NCBI GenBank assembly: GCA_964016885.1
Contig: OZ024740.1
Span: forward strand, 118,730,001-118,794,000
Source: Eledone cirrhosa
Lineage: Eukaryota
Direction: 5' to 3'
DNA: 64,000 nt
Part shown: positions 1 to 12,177 of the stretch, piece after piece
Position numbering within the stretch: position 1 is the first letter of the stretch
How the letters are laid out: each line of letters opens with the position of its first letter
The notes under the pieces: model-generated
Seen by the model: only the letters and a program-made list of their open reading frames with translations
Told to the model about the DNA's origin: nothing
The model's database searches: none
Position numbers and translations under genes: made by a program

Positions 1-156
1 TATAGTTATGTATATACTATACTATAAACAGGAAATGTCAGTGATTTATTACTACCTTATTACCAGTAAGAGAAATAGCTCAATGTAAGAGCATCAGATG
101 TTTTACAGAGCAGGAATATAAATTACACAAATATCAAAGTTATGGTCAAATCATTT

Positions 157-209
157 AATCGCTGACAATTGTTTCTTCCAAACTTTAGTTTGGAGTCATC
201 AGAGCATTA
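157..209 (-). ncRNA. Minimal type I hammerhead ribozyme
   Basis: Minus strand reads aatgct-CTGATGA-ctccaaac taaa gtttggaa-GAAA-caattg-TC-agcgatt: intact core, stem II hairpin, palindromic stem III (CAATTG), GUC cleavage triplet. Confidence 0.85.
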
Positions 210-1381
210 GCAATGTTTGTACATATAATTAACCTCCTATTCAACTGAACAATCATATAGATACATATATATTGATGTTGTGAACAACAGTTTAGTATCT
301 ACAGGGTTTAATGGATGCAACATATATTATACGAGAATTGTACAATAATTCAAATTAAAATTAAAAGCACAGAGTGGAATACATGCAACAGATAATATAA
401 GATAATATAATAATTAAAGAGGCATTGAGAAAAAAGTACATATTCAAGCGTGTAGAGATTACACATGCATTAGTCATATATATGAGAAGGAAACAAGCAA
501 AGGTATTAAGAATATATGAATATTGTATGGCAAGGTATTACATAAAATACAAGCACTTTAAGCGAATATGTTAGTGTATTATGGAGGATGTAATGTGATG
601 ATAGTTTCTGTTGAGTTCAAATTTGTATGTGTGGAGAATATGCAAGTTATTGATTTCCTATCCATTACATATGTTAAATTATATTTTAGTTAATGTTTGT
701 ATTGAATGTTTTTAGTTAGTTATAATAATGGATTGTAAATAGGTCTTATTGTATTCTTATTCATGGATTAGAATTGTTCTACAGCGAGATTTTCCAACGG
801 TTTAATATGCGGAAGTGGGAGCTAATGCGTAACGGGAGGTAACTAGCTCATTAAACTATTTAAATTCTTTGCTCTAATAGACCTTATACAGTGTCACAAT
901 TGAATCCCTTTTACATAATGTTATATATTCATATTTAATTTTAAATACAGTCTACTCTCTCATAATATATTAAAGGTTTTATTAGAATACTAGGCAAGAT
1001 ATGGAATAATGTATAGCTGTTTACATGTCCAATTAGATAAATCCCTTATGTTAATAATTTAATCCTTTATATACAATGTTATTAATTTATACATTTAATT
1101 ATAAATATATATATATAATTCATTGTCACATATTACATTTAATGTCTCTACATATTATATATCCATTACTTAATATATTATAAGTAATCTAAAGTAGTTA
1201 TATTAAAAGGTGGTGACTATATGTTTATTTCTAATAGTTATTGTAGAGTATAATGTTTGAGATAAATAGGAGTTGTGTAGAGGAAAGAGCAAATCAAAGA
1301 GTGTGATGCTGTGGGGGAAGAAAAGTCTTAGAGGTGAAGTGTTAATGGTGGTGAGGAATTCAAATCTGACATTGTTATATA

Positions 1382-2170
1382 CTAGCGGCTAGGTTTATAG
1401 TTATGGAATGAGTGTCGGTAGTGGTGCTGGTATGAGGAAAACACCTCTGACTTTTTATTTAGGAGGTTTAGTTTCGAAAAGATTATAGTACGGGTCTCTA
1501 GAAAACAGAGGTTACATAATTTATTCGGTGGTTTATACGATGTAGCCCTACCTACTACTTCCCATTGAAGTGTATATGGTCTATTCCTAGTTTTCAGAGA
1601 GTGTATGTAGCTAGATAGTGAAGTGGAGTTGGCTAGATTGTGTTTTTTGAAAGAGTGGAGGTGCAAGTTGTATCTCATCTTGAATCGGTTCAAAGTAGAG
1701 CCAATATATGTTTTAGAAGAGTTGTTTGTGTTGACCGTGCAGGAGTAAATGATGTCTTTCATTAAGCAATTATTACCTAATGGGAAAGTTCTATTTGATC
1801 TACAGTTACATTTATTTTGGATGTTAGCTTGCCGGTTACTATGTTGTGTAGAAATGTGGTTGCTATGGATAACATTAGGGTAATGATAGTTGTCGTTCCT
1901 ATTGTTAATGATTTCATTAGTGCTATTATCATTATTACTATTGCTACTAGGGTTTATAGGTACTATGTTGTTCTGTAAGTTTACCTCCTGCTGTGCTTTA
2001 ATTAGTTGGAAATAATTATTAATCTTCCTTTTATTACTACTAGCTATATGGTATGCGATGTTAGGTGTGGTAGAGTAAGAGATTTTAATGGTATTTTTAT
2101 TTATAAGATTATGGTATTTGTGGCCAGATAGGAAGTTTTTTTCTAGGATTGAGAAGAAAGCCTTAGGCAA
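1382..2170 (-). pseudogene. PLE linker and GIY-YIG endonuclease (Nematis-like assignment tentative), fragment
   Basis: NKNTIKISYS...CNCR...CLMKDIIYSCTV...KTYIGSTLNRFKMRYNLH...CNLCFLE...LNKKSE; RT core absent. Confidence 0.8.
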
Positions 2171-3540
2171 GTAGGTAGAGACGTTCTTCTATTTTTGTTT
2201 TTTGTAATGTCTTTTGAGGTATTTATATTTCTGTTTATAATATTATTGTGGTGTTTACTTTGGTGCGAGTTAAGTTTGATATTACCCTTCGCATTAGAGT
2301 AAGAGTGGCTAGTACTCTTATTATTTTTCCTCATGGCCATATTGTGAGAAATAATGCTGTAACTATGTGATTTTATAGGTAGGAATTCAATCCAATTTTT
2401 ATGGCCTGATTTTGCTAATGCTATATATGATGATATATATATATATAAATATATATATATATGGAAACAACCACTAATGAGGTTTTCATATAGTCAACAT
2501 ATATAGAAGGTCCTCATTACTTTATCTTGGTGATTTAAGGAAGGATATATATATATATATATATCAGCTAGATTACTACCGTCCTAGCACTACTGGGTTA
2601 GTTCAGATCTAGCTGTCGAAATGGCTGGAGCTCAGCTGTCTTTTCCTATATATATATATATCACTGGTGGTGATGGTTCAGAAATTTCCATGTCATTGTG
2701 GTTCAGTGGGTTGTTTACTTGTTCCTGATGCCAAATATAATCTTATACTTTACTTATCATGCTTCGTATCAAACCATATTCAATCTAATACCTCTATATA
2801 GACAATTGTCTATATGCTCATGCTCACATATGATGTACTCATGATGCACATTCCTGAAAAATAGTATGTAAGTTGTAGCCCATTACTTGTATTCTCTCCT
2901 TTATTATTTATTTTCTGCTGCATTTGATTGAAATACATAAATAGTTATTCTGCTTTGTGCAAATTGTTATTTGTTTTTAATATGATACCAGTAATGTTTT
3001 CAGTGCAAAGGTATGAGAACGAGGGGTCACAGAATAAATGTAGACTATGCAGTCCCACATGTACAAGCTTAAAAATGTTCTTTCAAGTTAATATATATGC
3101 CCATGTTATACATTACAATAAATATGAAATTAATATTTTAATTTAATATATAAAAACATAACCATGTTCTGATACTGATTTATCATCTAAGGATTTATTT
3201 GATGTTAAAATCTGGTAGTGTGATATCAATGATACTTTTTTACCTATAACTGCAGAAAATGTCGTAAAAATATGTTTTCTTTAAACATTCAATAGCAACT
3301 ATTATTACCATATTTCTGCCATCTCTATAATGAAATCACTCGTTTATTATTGCAGTTACCTTTTTGTATATTATATTTGGTTTTCCTTCTTTAAAAGATG
3401 TTAATGTTTTACACATAAATAATATATCATTGTACAGAAATTTTAAATGTTTTTCTACTGTATTTGTTTAAGAAAATTCAGCGATGTTGGAACACATTTT
3501 TTTTTTTTTTTTTTTTTTTTTGCCCACCATTGTCATTAAT

Positions 3541-3917
3541 AATTGTTTCTACTTTTGGCACAAGGCCAACAATTACCCCAGTACATTACTGGTACTTTAT
3601 TTTATCGAACCCGTAAGGATGAAAGACAAAGTTGACCTTGACGGGATTTGAACTCAGACTGTAAAGGGACATAACTAAGCTAGAAAGCATGGCGTCCAAC
3701 CCTCTACTGATACTGCCAATTCACTGCCCTTAGAGTTTCTACTTTTGGCACAAGGCCAGCGATTACCCTAGTGCATCACTGGTATTTTATATTATCGATC
3801 TCGTAAGGATGAAAGGCAAAGTTAACCTCGGCGGATTTGAACTCAGAACGCAAAGGCCCATAACTATGTTGGAAAGCAAGGTGTCTGACGCTCTACCGGT
3901 ACTGCCAAACTACTGCC
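3541..3917 (-). mobile_element. Head-to-tail pair of tRNA-derived SINEs (family A, Meta/MESC-like core)
   Basis: Two ~190 bp units (3541-3730, 3735-3917) with A box TGGCAGTATCGG, B box GAGTTCAAATCC and core GCCTTTCATCCTTACGGGGTCGATAAA; flanking TSD TTGTCATTAATAAT. Confidence 0.9.
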
Positions 3918-3951
3918 TTTTGTCATTAATAATATAGTTTTATTATTTCTA

Positions 3952-4140
3952 GGGCGGTGGATTGGCAGTATTGGTAGAGGGTCGGACGCCATGCTTTCCA
4001 GCATAGTTACGTCCCTTTACGATCTGAGTTCAAATCCTGCCGAAGTTGACTTTGCCTTTCATCCTTACGGGGTCGATAAAATAAAGTACCAGTAATGCAC
4101 TGGGTAATTGCTGGCCTTGTGCCTAAAGTAGAAACAATTA
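3952..4140 (+). mobile_element. SINE family A
   Basis: Full-length unit; TSD ATTATTTCTAG. Confidence 0.9.
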
Positions 4141-4259
4141 TTTCTAGAGAATTTTATGATAGGCTGTTGTCTGTTATTGTCCTGCATTTTCTTTCTTATT
4201 GTCCTCATCAGTTATTTTGGATCATTGACTGACTTTTGAATTATTATTATCATGATTTG

Positions 4260-4450
4260 AGGGCAGTGGATTGGCAGTATCGGTAGAGGGTCGGACGCTA
4301 TGCTTTGCAGCATAGTTACGTCCCTTTACAGACTGAGTTCAAATCCCGCCGAGGTTAACTTTGCCTTTCATCCTTACGGGGTCGATAAAATAAAGTACCA
4401 GTAATGCACTGGGTAATTGCTGGCCTTGTGCCAAAAGTAGAAACAATTAT
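4260..4450 (+). mobile_element. SINE family A
   Basis: Full-length unit; TSD ATTATTATCATGA. Confidence 0.9.
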
Positions 4451-4599
4451 TATCATGAGTTGAAACTTCCTCTGAGTTCTGCTTCTTTCTCAAATGATGT
4501 CAAGTGTCAACATGGCACCTGAGGCAAAATTTCATAATACACATATTTTACATCCAATTGTCATACAAATAATGCCACAGGGGCACAATCAACAGTAAA

Positions 4600-5520
4600 T
4601 GTCCTTGAAAATGTTTTAAATTGAAAATGCCTTTTTCAGGACATGGACAGTACCAGTCAGCACTATTTTCTGTATCTCTTGCAGAGATGGCTTTCCAGGA
4701 TTCCAGTCCAAATATTTTTCCGTGCCATTTTTTATCATGCCAAGTACGTCAACTATCACTTAAGATGCTATATTTTCTCAATTTCAATTGATAGATCTTT
4801 ATACTTACTGAGCTTTCTGAACTCTTTTGGGGGAGATGTTACAATTTGATAGCAAGCTCATGTCAATTAAGAAACATGTTTTCTTTTTATGATCCTTTGC
4901 AATTATATCAGGTTTGTTGGCCTTGGCAGTTCTGTCAATAATCACAGGAAAGTCCCAGAGGTTGTTATATTCTTGCCTCCTGTTTCTGCATCTGGATGAT
5001 GATTGTACTATTTCCCTCCATTTTCAGACCATAGAACCTGCACATTAACCAGTGTAATTATGACCTTACTCTATCATGCCTAATTTTATATTCCTGAGCA
5101 GCCTGAAACCAGGTGGCCAATAGTCTTAACATGATCATCACTGAATTGACACTTTTGGTTAATTCCATTTCTGATCACATTGGCTTGAAAATTGCCCGTT
5201 GGGAGATGCTGGTCTTGTTCAGCCAAAATAAAGCCTTCACTCTCTGCCTTTAGCTCAGAACTCTGCAATCACTGATCGGTCAGAGCTTGATCTACATCAG
5301 GTCCTTTGCTACGGAGAACATACTGCCCATGTAGTGGATTTTGCTCCCATTTAGTGTACAGTCTCTGTTGGCCTTCATATTTTGCCAACGCTTTGATATT
5401 CTTTGCAGCTTTAATAGCAGAATCACCACATTTATTTTCTAGCTGTATTACCATTTCTCCCGCAGACTTCCTACATTCCTTTGTGAATGAATGTGCAAAC
5501 GTGTTACTTTCCTTTGTGAT
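4600..5520 (-). mobile_element. Decayed R4/Dong-like non-LTR retrotransposon, 3' part (CCHC knuckle and restriction-like endonuclease)
   Basis: Translations LHGQY...ESEGFILAEQDQ...CQF..DHVKTIGHLVSGC and LWDFPVIIDRTAKANKPDIIAKDHKKKTCFLIDMS...KLSKYKDL (PD..D..K), with stops and frameshifts. Confidence 0.8.
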
Positions 5521-5552
5521 TGAATGTTGTTGTTGTCGTTGTCGTCATTGTG

Positions 5553-5601
<49 letters not shown>
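5553..5601. repeat. (CAT)n microsatellite
   Basis: Perfect CAT run; explains the poly-His and poly-Met ORFs. Confidence 0.95.
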
Positions 5602-5602
<1 letters not shown>

Positions 5603-5749
5603 TCTAAGTGTATTATTGTTCATTGTTATACTAGGAACAATTTGAGAGGCTAATAACAGAGTTAGCACAATTAACAAAAGGTTTCTGACAGATGTGTGCA
5701 ATAAAATACTTGTTATGTGACACTTAAATTAGACAGAATAAATTTAATA

Positions 5750-6500
5750 TGATTTCTAGTGCATTTGTATGTCTCATGAGACCATATATCTTCATCTGGT
5801 AAGTTCCTCTACGTTTTGAGGATTTGGCTTTTCCCACAAACTGTAGCAAATGTCAAATTGCTCCTTTGTGTGCAAGAATCAGCTGCTACTCAAGTTGAGG
5901 TCTGCTGCAAGGATTCAAAATCTGAGTTTCTCCTGACAGAATCTGATGCTAGAATCGTCACAGTAAATAGGAAACCTTTAAAGCAATTAGAAAACTCTGA
6001 GTACCTTGGTTCTTTTTATAATGTACTCAGAAAAAGATTTCCAGATATGTCAATCTCAAGCCTAGAATGCATGTGATAAGCTGGGTAAAATTTGGAAATC
6101 CAGTATACCAAACAAACTTAAAATGAGCCTGTTTAGAATAGCAGTTGAGCCTATCCTTCTCTATGGTTCTGAGACTTGTAACTTGCATTCACATCTACAG
6201 AGCCATTTCAAGGTATGTTACACTACCCTTTTTAGAAAGGGTCGAAATATTCCCTGGGAAACCCATCTCATGCTTAAACAGAAAAATCCCCAAAATAAGT
6301 GCATGACTGATTGAATGTTGTATGTTTGCTGGTCACTGTTCCCATTCAAAATATGAGATGGTTTCAGACCTCTTGTTGTGGGAGATCTCTTCTACTAGAA
6401 AGCTCAGATACCAGAATACCATAGCAAAAGACACTGGAATCGACAAGGATGACCTTTAAACCTTGATGGGAAACAGACTATTGGTGTGAAGTTGTGCTTA
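5750..6500 (+). mobile_element. Decayed RTE-like LINE, RT C-terminal fragment
   Basis: EYLGS...LFRIAVEPILLYGSET...NIPW..H motifs. Confidence 0.7.
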
Positions 6501-7284
6501 CTGTCTCACCTAAGAGTGATGAATAAGATAAGTATGCCTAAGACATTTTATTTTTGTGGGATAGCAGTAGTCATCTATGCATGCAAGCTTCCCCCCTCTG
6601 CACCACCAATGTTGTTCAATCAAAAGACAAGGGCTTTTCAGCTTGGCATCAGTGATGTTACAAATAAACTCAGAATGCAAAGGACAGGAAAAGATACCAC
6701 AAACCATTATGTATGACACTCTAACAATTCCACCTATCCATGGACTAGTATTTTATTTTTTTAAGACTTTGAAGTTATGAAAAGCAAGGACTTCAAATCA
6801 GAACACAGAATGACAGAAAAATACTGTGGGGGATTTAATCTGATTCTCTAGTATCTCTGCTAATTTGCAGCCATTAGATTACACCACTGGGTAAGCTACA
6901 AGACTTATGGTCATTTTTGCAGTTTCTACAGCACAATATATTTAATTACTTTCTTTCAATGGTCCAGTCTTCTAAACCTATGTGATAAATATATGGATGA
7001 CAAAATACTAATATATTTTTTAGGGTTTATATGGAAATTAATACAAACATTTCTATGCAATAAATTAGTTACTACATGTACAGCAAGCATACTTCAACAG
7101 GCAATGTGTAAGAAACTAGAAATATTTAGAATTAATTCCCTTGCTTGCATGGTCAAAGGATAATGTTATCTAATCCCTAAACCCTAAACTTTTTTTTAAT
7201 TACCATATTTAACCCTTCCATGATTATTAATGATAGTAAAACAATTTTGAAATAATGAAATCCACTTTTAGATTTTTCAAATAG

Positions 7285-7440
7285 AGTGCATTCATGGGCT
7301 TGGCTCATCTCGCTTGGGGATCCAGCCAGATTAATTAGAGATGGTTTCTTATGACAAGACCCAGAGGAAGGATTGTTCAGGGAGTCTATCCACTCGACTC
7401 TCTCAGGAATAAGTGGGTGAAGAAGAAGGAAAGAAGATGT
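7285..7440 (+). mobile_element. 3' end of RTE (Expander-like) LINE with (GAA)n tail
   Basis: Similar to 8930-9110 (reverse) and 27000-27130. Confidence 0.55.
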
Positions 7441-8279
7441 GTTTGACAATTTGTATTTTTGTTATTTAATATACAATGCCCGAATTTCGAAGATCTCATC
7501 TGGTTCTTCTATATACCATCCATGATCTACTGACACAATGAAAGAATTGTATGGATTTTCAACCTGTTAAAATTAGCAGCTAAATCTCATTTAATTATAC
7601 ATTACCAGGTTATATATGGAACTCTGGTGATCAGCCTCCTTCTTCTGTAATTCTTTTAACTTTTATACAATAATATTCTATGACAATATCTTTTTCATCA
7701 ATTACTGTACAGTCTTATTATGTAAGTGAGTTGACATCCTGCCAATGTTAGCTTTGCCTTTCTGCATAAAATAAAGTCCCAGTAATGCACTAGGGGCGAT
7801 TTAATCAACTTTTCCTCCCCCAAAATTGTTGGTCTTGCGCTTAAATAAGAAACCATTATATATCTATAAGTAACAATAGTTGTCTTTCTTATATGTCTTT
7901 GTCAATACTTGTAACACCCAAATGTTTTTGAATCCATTTGAATTTAATATACTCTGTATTGTTTATATTTCTCCTTTAATGCAACATATTTACTTTTCTG
8001 TAGTTGATTAGCATTATAGGTAATTTGCCAGACAAAATACAGTGTATTTCGTTCCATCTCCAGGTTCTGAGTTTAATTTTGAATTTCATCCTTCTAGGGT
8101 CAATAAGATAAGTGTCAGTCTGGAGATAATTAAATCAACTACATTCCAGCCATTAAATCATTAAATCTATATGTTTATTACGTTTTCACTTATTTGTTTC
8201 ACTGTCTGTAATATGATAACATAAGCTCTATTGCATTTCTTAAGATTACTTTTACCTAACTAAAAGTAACTAGTGACTA

Positions 8280-8430
8280 CAGTATGGACAAATGGTTAAG
8301 AAATTTGCTTCACAACCTAAGGTTTCAAGATTGGTTCTACTGCATGACATCTTGGGCAAAATATCTCTTATCCTAATCCTGGATCAACTGAAACTTTGTG
8401 AGTATAATTGGGTAGATAGAAATTGTTTAA
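8280..8430 (+). mobile_element. Old tRNA-derived SINE (family C), decayed
   Basis: TGGTTAAGAAATTTGCTTCACAACC...CTTGGGCAA head; a related reverse copy lies at ~40430-40580. Confidence 0.5.
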
Positions 8431-8929
8431 ACGCTCAAATGATGGACTATACCTTCTAATTCAAATGACAAACTTTGTTATACACTGAATATCCATGGGA
8501 ATTACATTAAGAGTACACATGTCAATTGAATGAGTAGGTGGCTCAATTGACTGAACAAGTGGCACATTCATTGTCAAAACTAACAAAGGTCCATTTAATT
8601 CTCTTTTTATCTTATCAGAAGTAGGTAAAAAAATTTCTTCTCGAATATGTGCTGAATGGGGAAATGGAATATTGTGACTGAATTTAATACATTTTTTTCA
8701 CTTTGTAAAAAAACAGTAAATTATATATGTATAAATATTCACTTTCATACAGACACACAGAGCAAAACAAATATATATGCTTCATATTTAAACATACTTT
8801 CTACAAAATTGTATATCTACATAAATAAATATCAATAGAAAGTAACACATAAATATGTACATACATGTGTAACACATAAATGAGGATAAACAACAAAAAC
8901 AGCGTCCTTCATTTGTAATTCTTTTAGCT

Positions 8930-9450
8930 CTTCTTCTTCTTCATCTTTTTTTCTCCTCCCCATCCCATTTATTCCTGAGAGGGTCATGGGGGCAGAGTCC
9001 TCAAACACTCCTTCCAGTGGGTCCTGTCAGAAGCAACTATTTCCAAATGATCCAGCTGGATCCCCAAGCATGGTCAGCCAAGCTCATAGATCTTATCCAA
9101 CCATCTTGCTTGGGATCTATCCCTGATTCTCTTGCTGGTTTGTTTTGCCTGTAAAATCTGTCCAGCGATTCTTTTCTGAGACATTCTAACCACATACCCA
9201 TAGTATCGAAGCTGTGATCTCTCAAATTGGAGAAGTAGCTGCTTTACATTAAGTGACTCTCCGATCTCCTATTTATGCACTTTATTGAGTAACGTTACCC
9301 CAAAGACCCTTTGAAGGAATTCTATTTCGGCTAGTTGTATTCGCAATCATATCTTTTCAGTCAATACACAAGATTCATGACCATAGGTAAGGGTTGGCAC
9401 GAAAACCGAATTGATGATAGCTTGTTTGGTTTTTATGCTTACCACCATTC
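8930..9450 (-). mobile_element. RTE (Expander-like) LINE, 3' fragment
   Basis: Translation SVFVPTLTYGHES...LAEIEFLQRVFGVT; (GAA)n tail. Confidence 0.75.
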
Positions 9451-9569
9451 TTCTGATGACTTTATCCAATTATAAAATGCATTGGATAACAATTTTATAC
9501 TTTTAGTGTTAAGGCTTCATTCAAAAATTATCATTTTGAAATATTTTATGGAAAAATGAAAATTTGTAT

Positions 9570-10200
9570 ACCTATATTTTTAATATGAATCAAATAATAT
9601 TGACATCTTTGACCCTAAAACTTTCAGCAAAAATATTTATACTTTTAACCCTATCACATGTAAAAATTGGTTTCTTTAGTTTTAACTCTACAACATTTGG
9701 CAATGGATATTTTTATTTTTAACACCAAGTAATTAATACCTTCAAATTCATGTTTAACCCTAAAACATGCAACAAATCTTAACCCTTATGAAAATGAATA
9801 TCTGTACATATATAATCTTAACCCTAAATCATACTGCAATTGACACCTTCATTCTTAATCTTAAAACATGCAACAACAGATATCTATAATTTTAACCTCA
9901 AAGGATACAGCAAAAATATATCTATACTTTTAATCCTAAAACACTCAGCAATTGATATCTTTATTTTAACCTTAAAATATGCAGTAACAGATATCTTTAT
10001 TTTGGACTCTGACGCATGCCGTAAATAGTATCTATACTTTTAACCATATGGCAATAGATATATTTGCTTTTTATAGCAAAACAAGCAGATACTGATATCT
10101 TCATTTTTAACTCTGAAATGATGTGGCAATTGATATTATTATATTTTACTGCAAAATATGTAGTAAGTGATAACTATATTTTTTTACCAAAAACATGCAG
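9570..10200. repeat. Degenerate ~39 bp minisatellite
   Basis: Recurrent TATCTATACTTTTAACCCTAAAACATGCAGCAATTGA-like unit; 13-aa periodicity in ORF 9840-10028. Confidence 0.75.
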
Positions 10201-10929
10201 CTAGTTTGCAGATTAAGTAAAGATTCAAGTTATAAAGAAATGATTTATCAGAATACATTATACACAGATTATCTGGGAAGCAATTTTATACTTTTGGTGA
10301 TCAATTTTCATGCATAATTATCATTTTCAAGTATTTTATGACAAAATGAAAATTTAGTTATCTTTATTTTTAACCCCCAGAATATTTATATACATATAAG
10401 CATGTCTCGGTGTCAGTGTATTTGTTCGTCTCATTCTCTTAGTTCTGAATAGTACAAGACAAAAATACATTTATAAAAAAAAGTTGAAAGACTAATTAAA
10501 CACTGCAAATTAACATTCCAACAACGTTTGCACAATAAACAAATAATTGTTTTTAACATTTAATGTCTTATTTGTATTTTTGTAGCCCTGCAAAATTTTG
10601 AAGTATAGATGTAACTATGGAAAGGGGTGATAAATATCATATCAAATTATAGAGCAAGCGATTAATTCTAGTATATACGTTGTTGCCTATGCATATTCAA
10701 AGAACATATAGAAATCATTTCTAGTGTGCACCAATGCTCACATTTCGTCAATGCTATAATTATGTTGTGCAGAAGTGTTGAATGTATGGAAGATAAGTTT
10801 ATTGGATTAACATTAAGAGAGGATTTCCCTCCTTTCCATGCTGCTTATATATCAAGGAGATGATCTTCTGACATTTCACTTTATTCTATGGGATATTTTT
10901 CCAGATGTGGTCACAGTTTGGGCTAGGAA

Positions 10930-11797
10930 TTAAAGGCAGACTGTATGATGCATGCATACAAATAGCTATGTTGCATGGTAGTGAGACCTGGGTGCTGTGT
11001 GCAGAAGTCTTGCGTAGATTGGAAAGAAAGGAAGCTTGCATGCTCCGATGGATGTGTAATAGTAATATACGTGAACGACAAAGCATAAATGAATTGAGAG
11101 AGAGACTGAGCATAAATGAATTGAGAGAGAGACTGAGCATAAGAGGAATCAAATGCTGTGTGCAGGAGAGGAGATTGCATTGGTATGGGCATGTGATACA
11201 TATGAAGGTTGACAGCTGCATAAAAAAGTGCAGAGCACTCAAAGTCAATGGAAGCCTTCGAGGGGGAGACCCAGGAAGACTTGGGATGAGGTAATAAAAG
11301 CTGACCTTGCCCAATTGCACCTCTCAAAGGCCAGGATCTCTGGCAATATGTAGTGATATAGAAAAACAGACTTTCCACAAGCACAAGCCGAAGCATATAT
11401 ACAGTATGTCCCAACCCAACCCACCCTCCTATACACCCCAGGAGGACAGGCCAAAGTAGATGCATCCAGTGAAGACCTCCAGCCCATTCCGTAAAGTGGC
11501 CATGATGGAGACATGGCAGCAAGTGCCCAACCCACTCTGTAAAGTGGTCATGCAGGGGTCACAAAATAAAGCACCCAGCCCACACTGTAAAGTGGACGTG
11601 TAGGTGTCACAACAAAAAGCATCCAGTACCCATTATAAATTGAGTTTGACATTAGGAAGGGCATCCAGCTGCAGAAACGAAGCCAGAACCACACCAGTAT
11701 GTGCAAGACATGGTCACCTGACCTAGGATTGCCCACAACAGGACAACCTGTCTAACACGTGCTATCATGGAAAATGGACGTAAGACAGATATGATGA
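10930..11797 (+). mobile_element. RTE-type LINE (PHD family), 3' fragment with 3' UTR
   Basis: KGRLYDACI..AMLHGSETW...RLHWYGHV; internal 27 bp tandem duplication near 11082-11135; GAT tail. Confidence 0.9.
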
Positions 11798-11858
11798 ATA
11801 TATGTGTATATACACACAAATATGTATATATAGACCATTTGTACATATATATATGACC

Positions 11859-12177
11859 AAGCATAAACAAGTTGAGAAAGAAACTGGGTATGAGGGATAA
11901 GTTGTGGTGTGCAGGAGAGAAGGCTGAGATGGTATGGACATGTGATGCACATGGAGGATGACTGGTGGGTAAAGAAATGCCAAGAAATCCCAGTAGAAGG
12001 AAGATGCAGTAAAGATAGACCCCGTAAAACATGGGCAGAGGTGGTGAGAGCAGACCTGAGATTGCTGAAACTCACCGAAGAGATGACGAAGGACCATAAC
12101 AAGTGGAGAGATGCTGTGCTGAATAGGACCTGGCCAACCTTTGCAAGCAGGAAAAAGCGCACGTGAAATGATGATGA
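11859..12177 (+). mobile_element. RTE-type LINE, short-UTR subfamily, 3' fragment
   Basis: ERRLRWYGHVMHM...RPRKTW; (GAT)n tail; related pieces at 14801-14938, 45815-45967 and 58595-58825. Confidence 0.85.

Larger units (their letters stand above)
1..2431 (-). mobile_element. Penelope-like element, 5'-truncated: end of ORF, ~1.2 kb 3' region and hammerhead
   Basis: GIY-YIG ORF at 1382-2170, HHR at 157-209, 5' boundary at a (TA)n tract (~2432). A related 3' region lies at 33.3-33.7 kb. Confidence 0.85.

Noticed and set aside
3952-4045. tRNA gene
   Set aside because: The A/B boxes belong to SINE heads followed by core, tail and TSD; no cloverleaf.
4170-4215. CTGATGA...GAAA on the minus strand (similar isolated heptamers at ~9453, 40312, 45615, 52151, 54360, 56056)
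   Set aside because: No stem I, II or III pairing; chance matches.
9570-10200. CRISPR-like array
   Set aside because: Units are contiguous and degenerate with no unique spacers; eukaryotic context and no cas genes.
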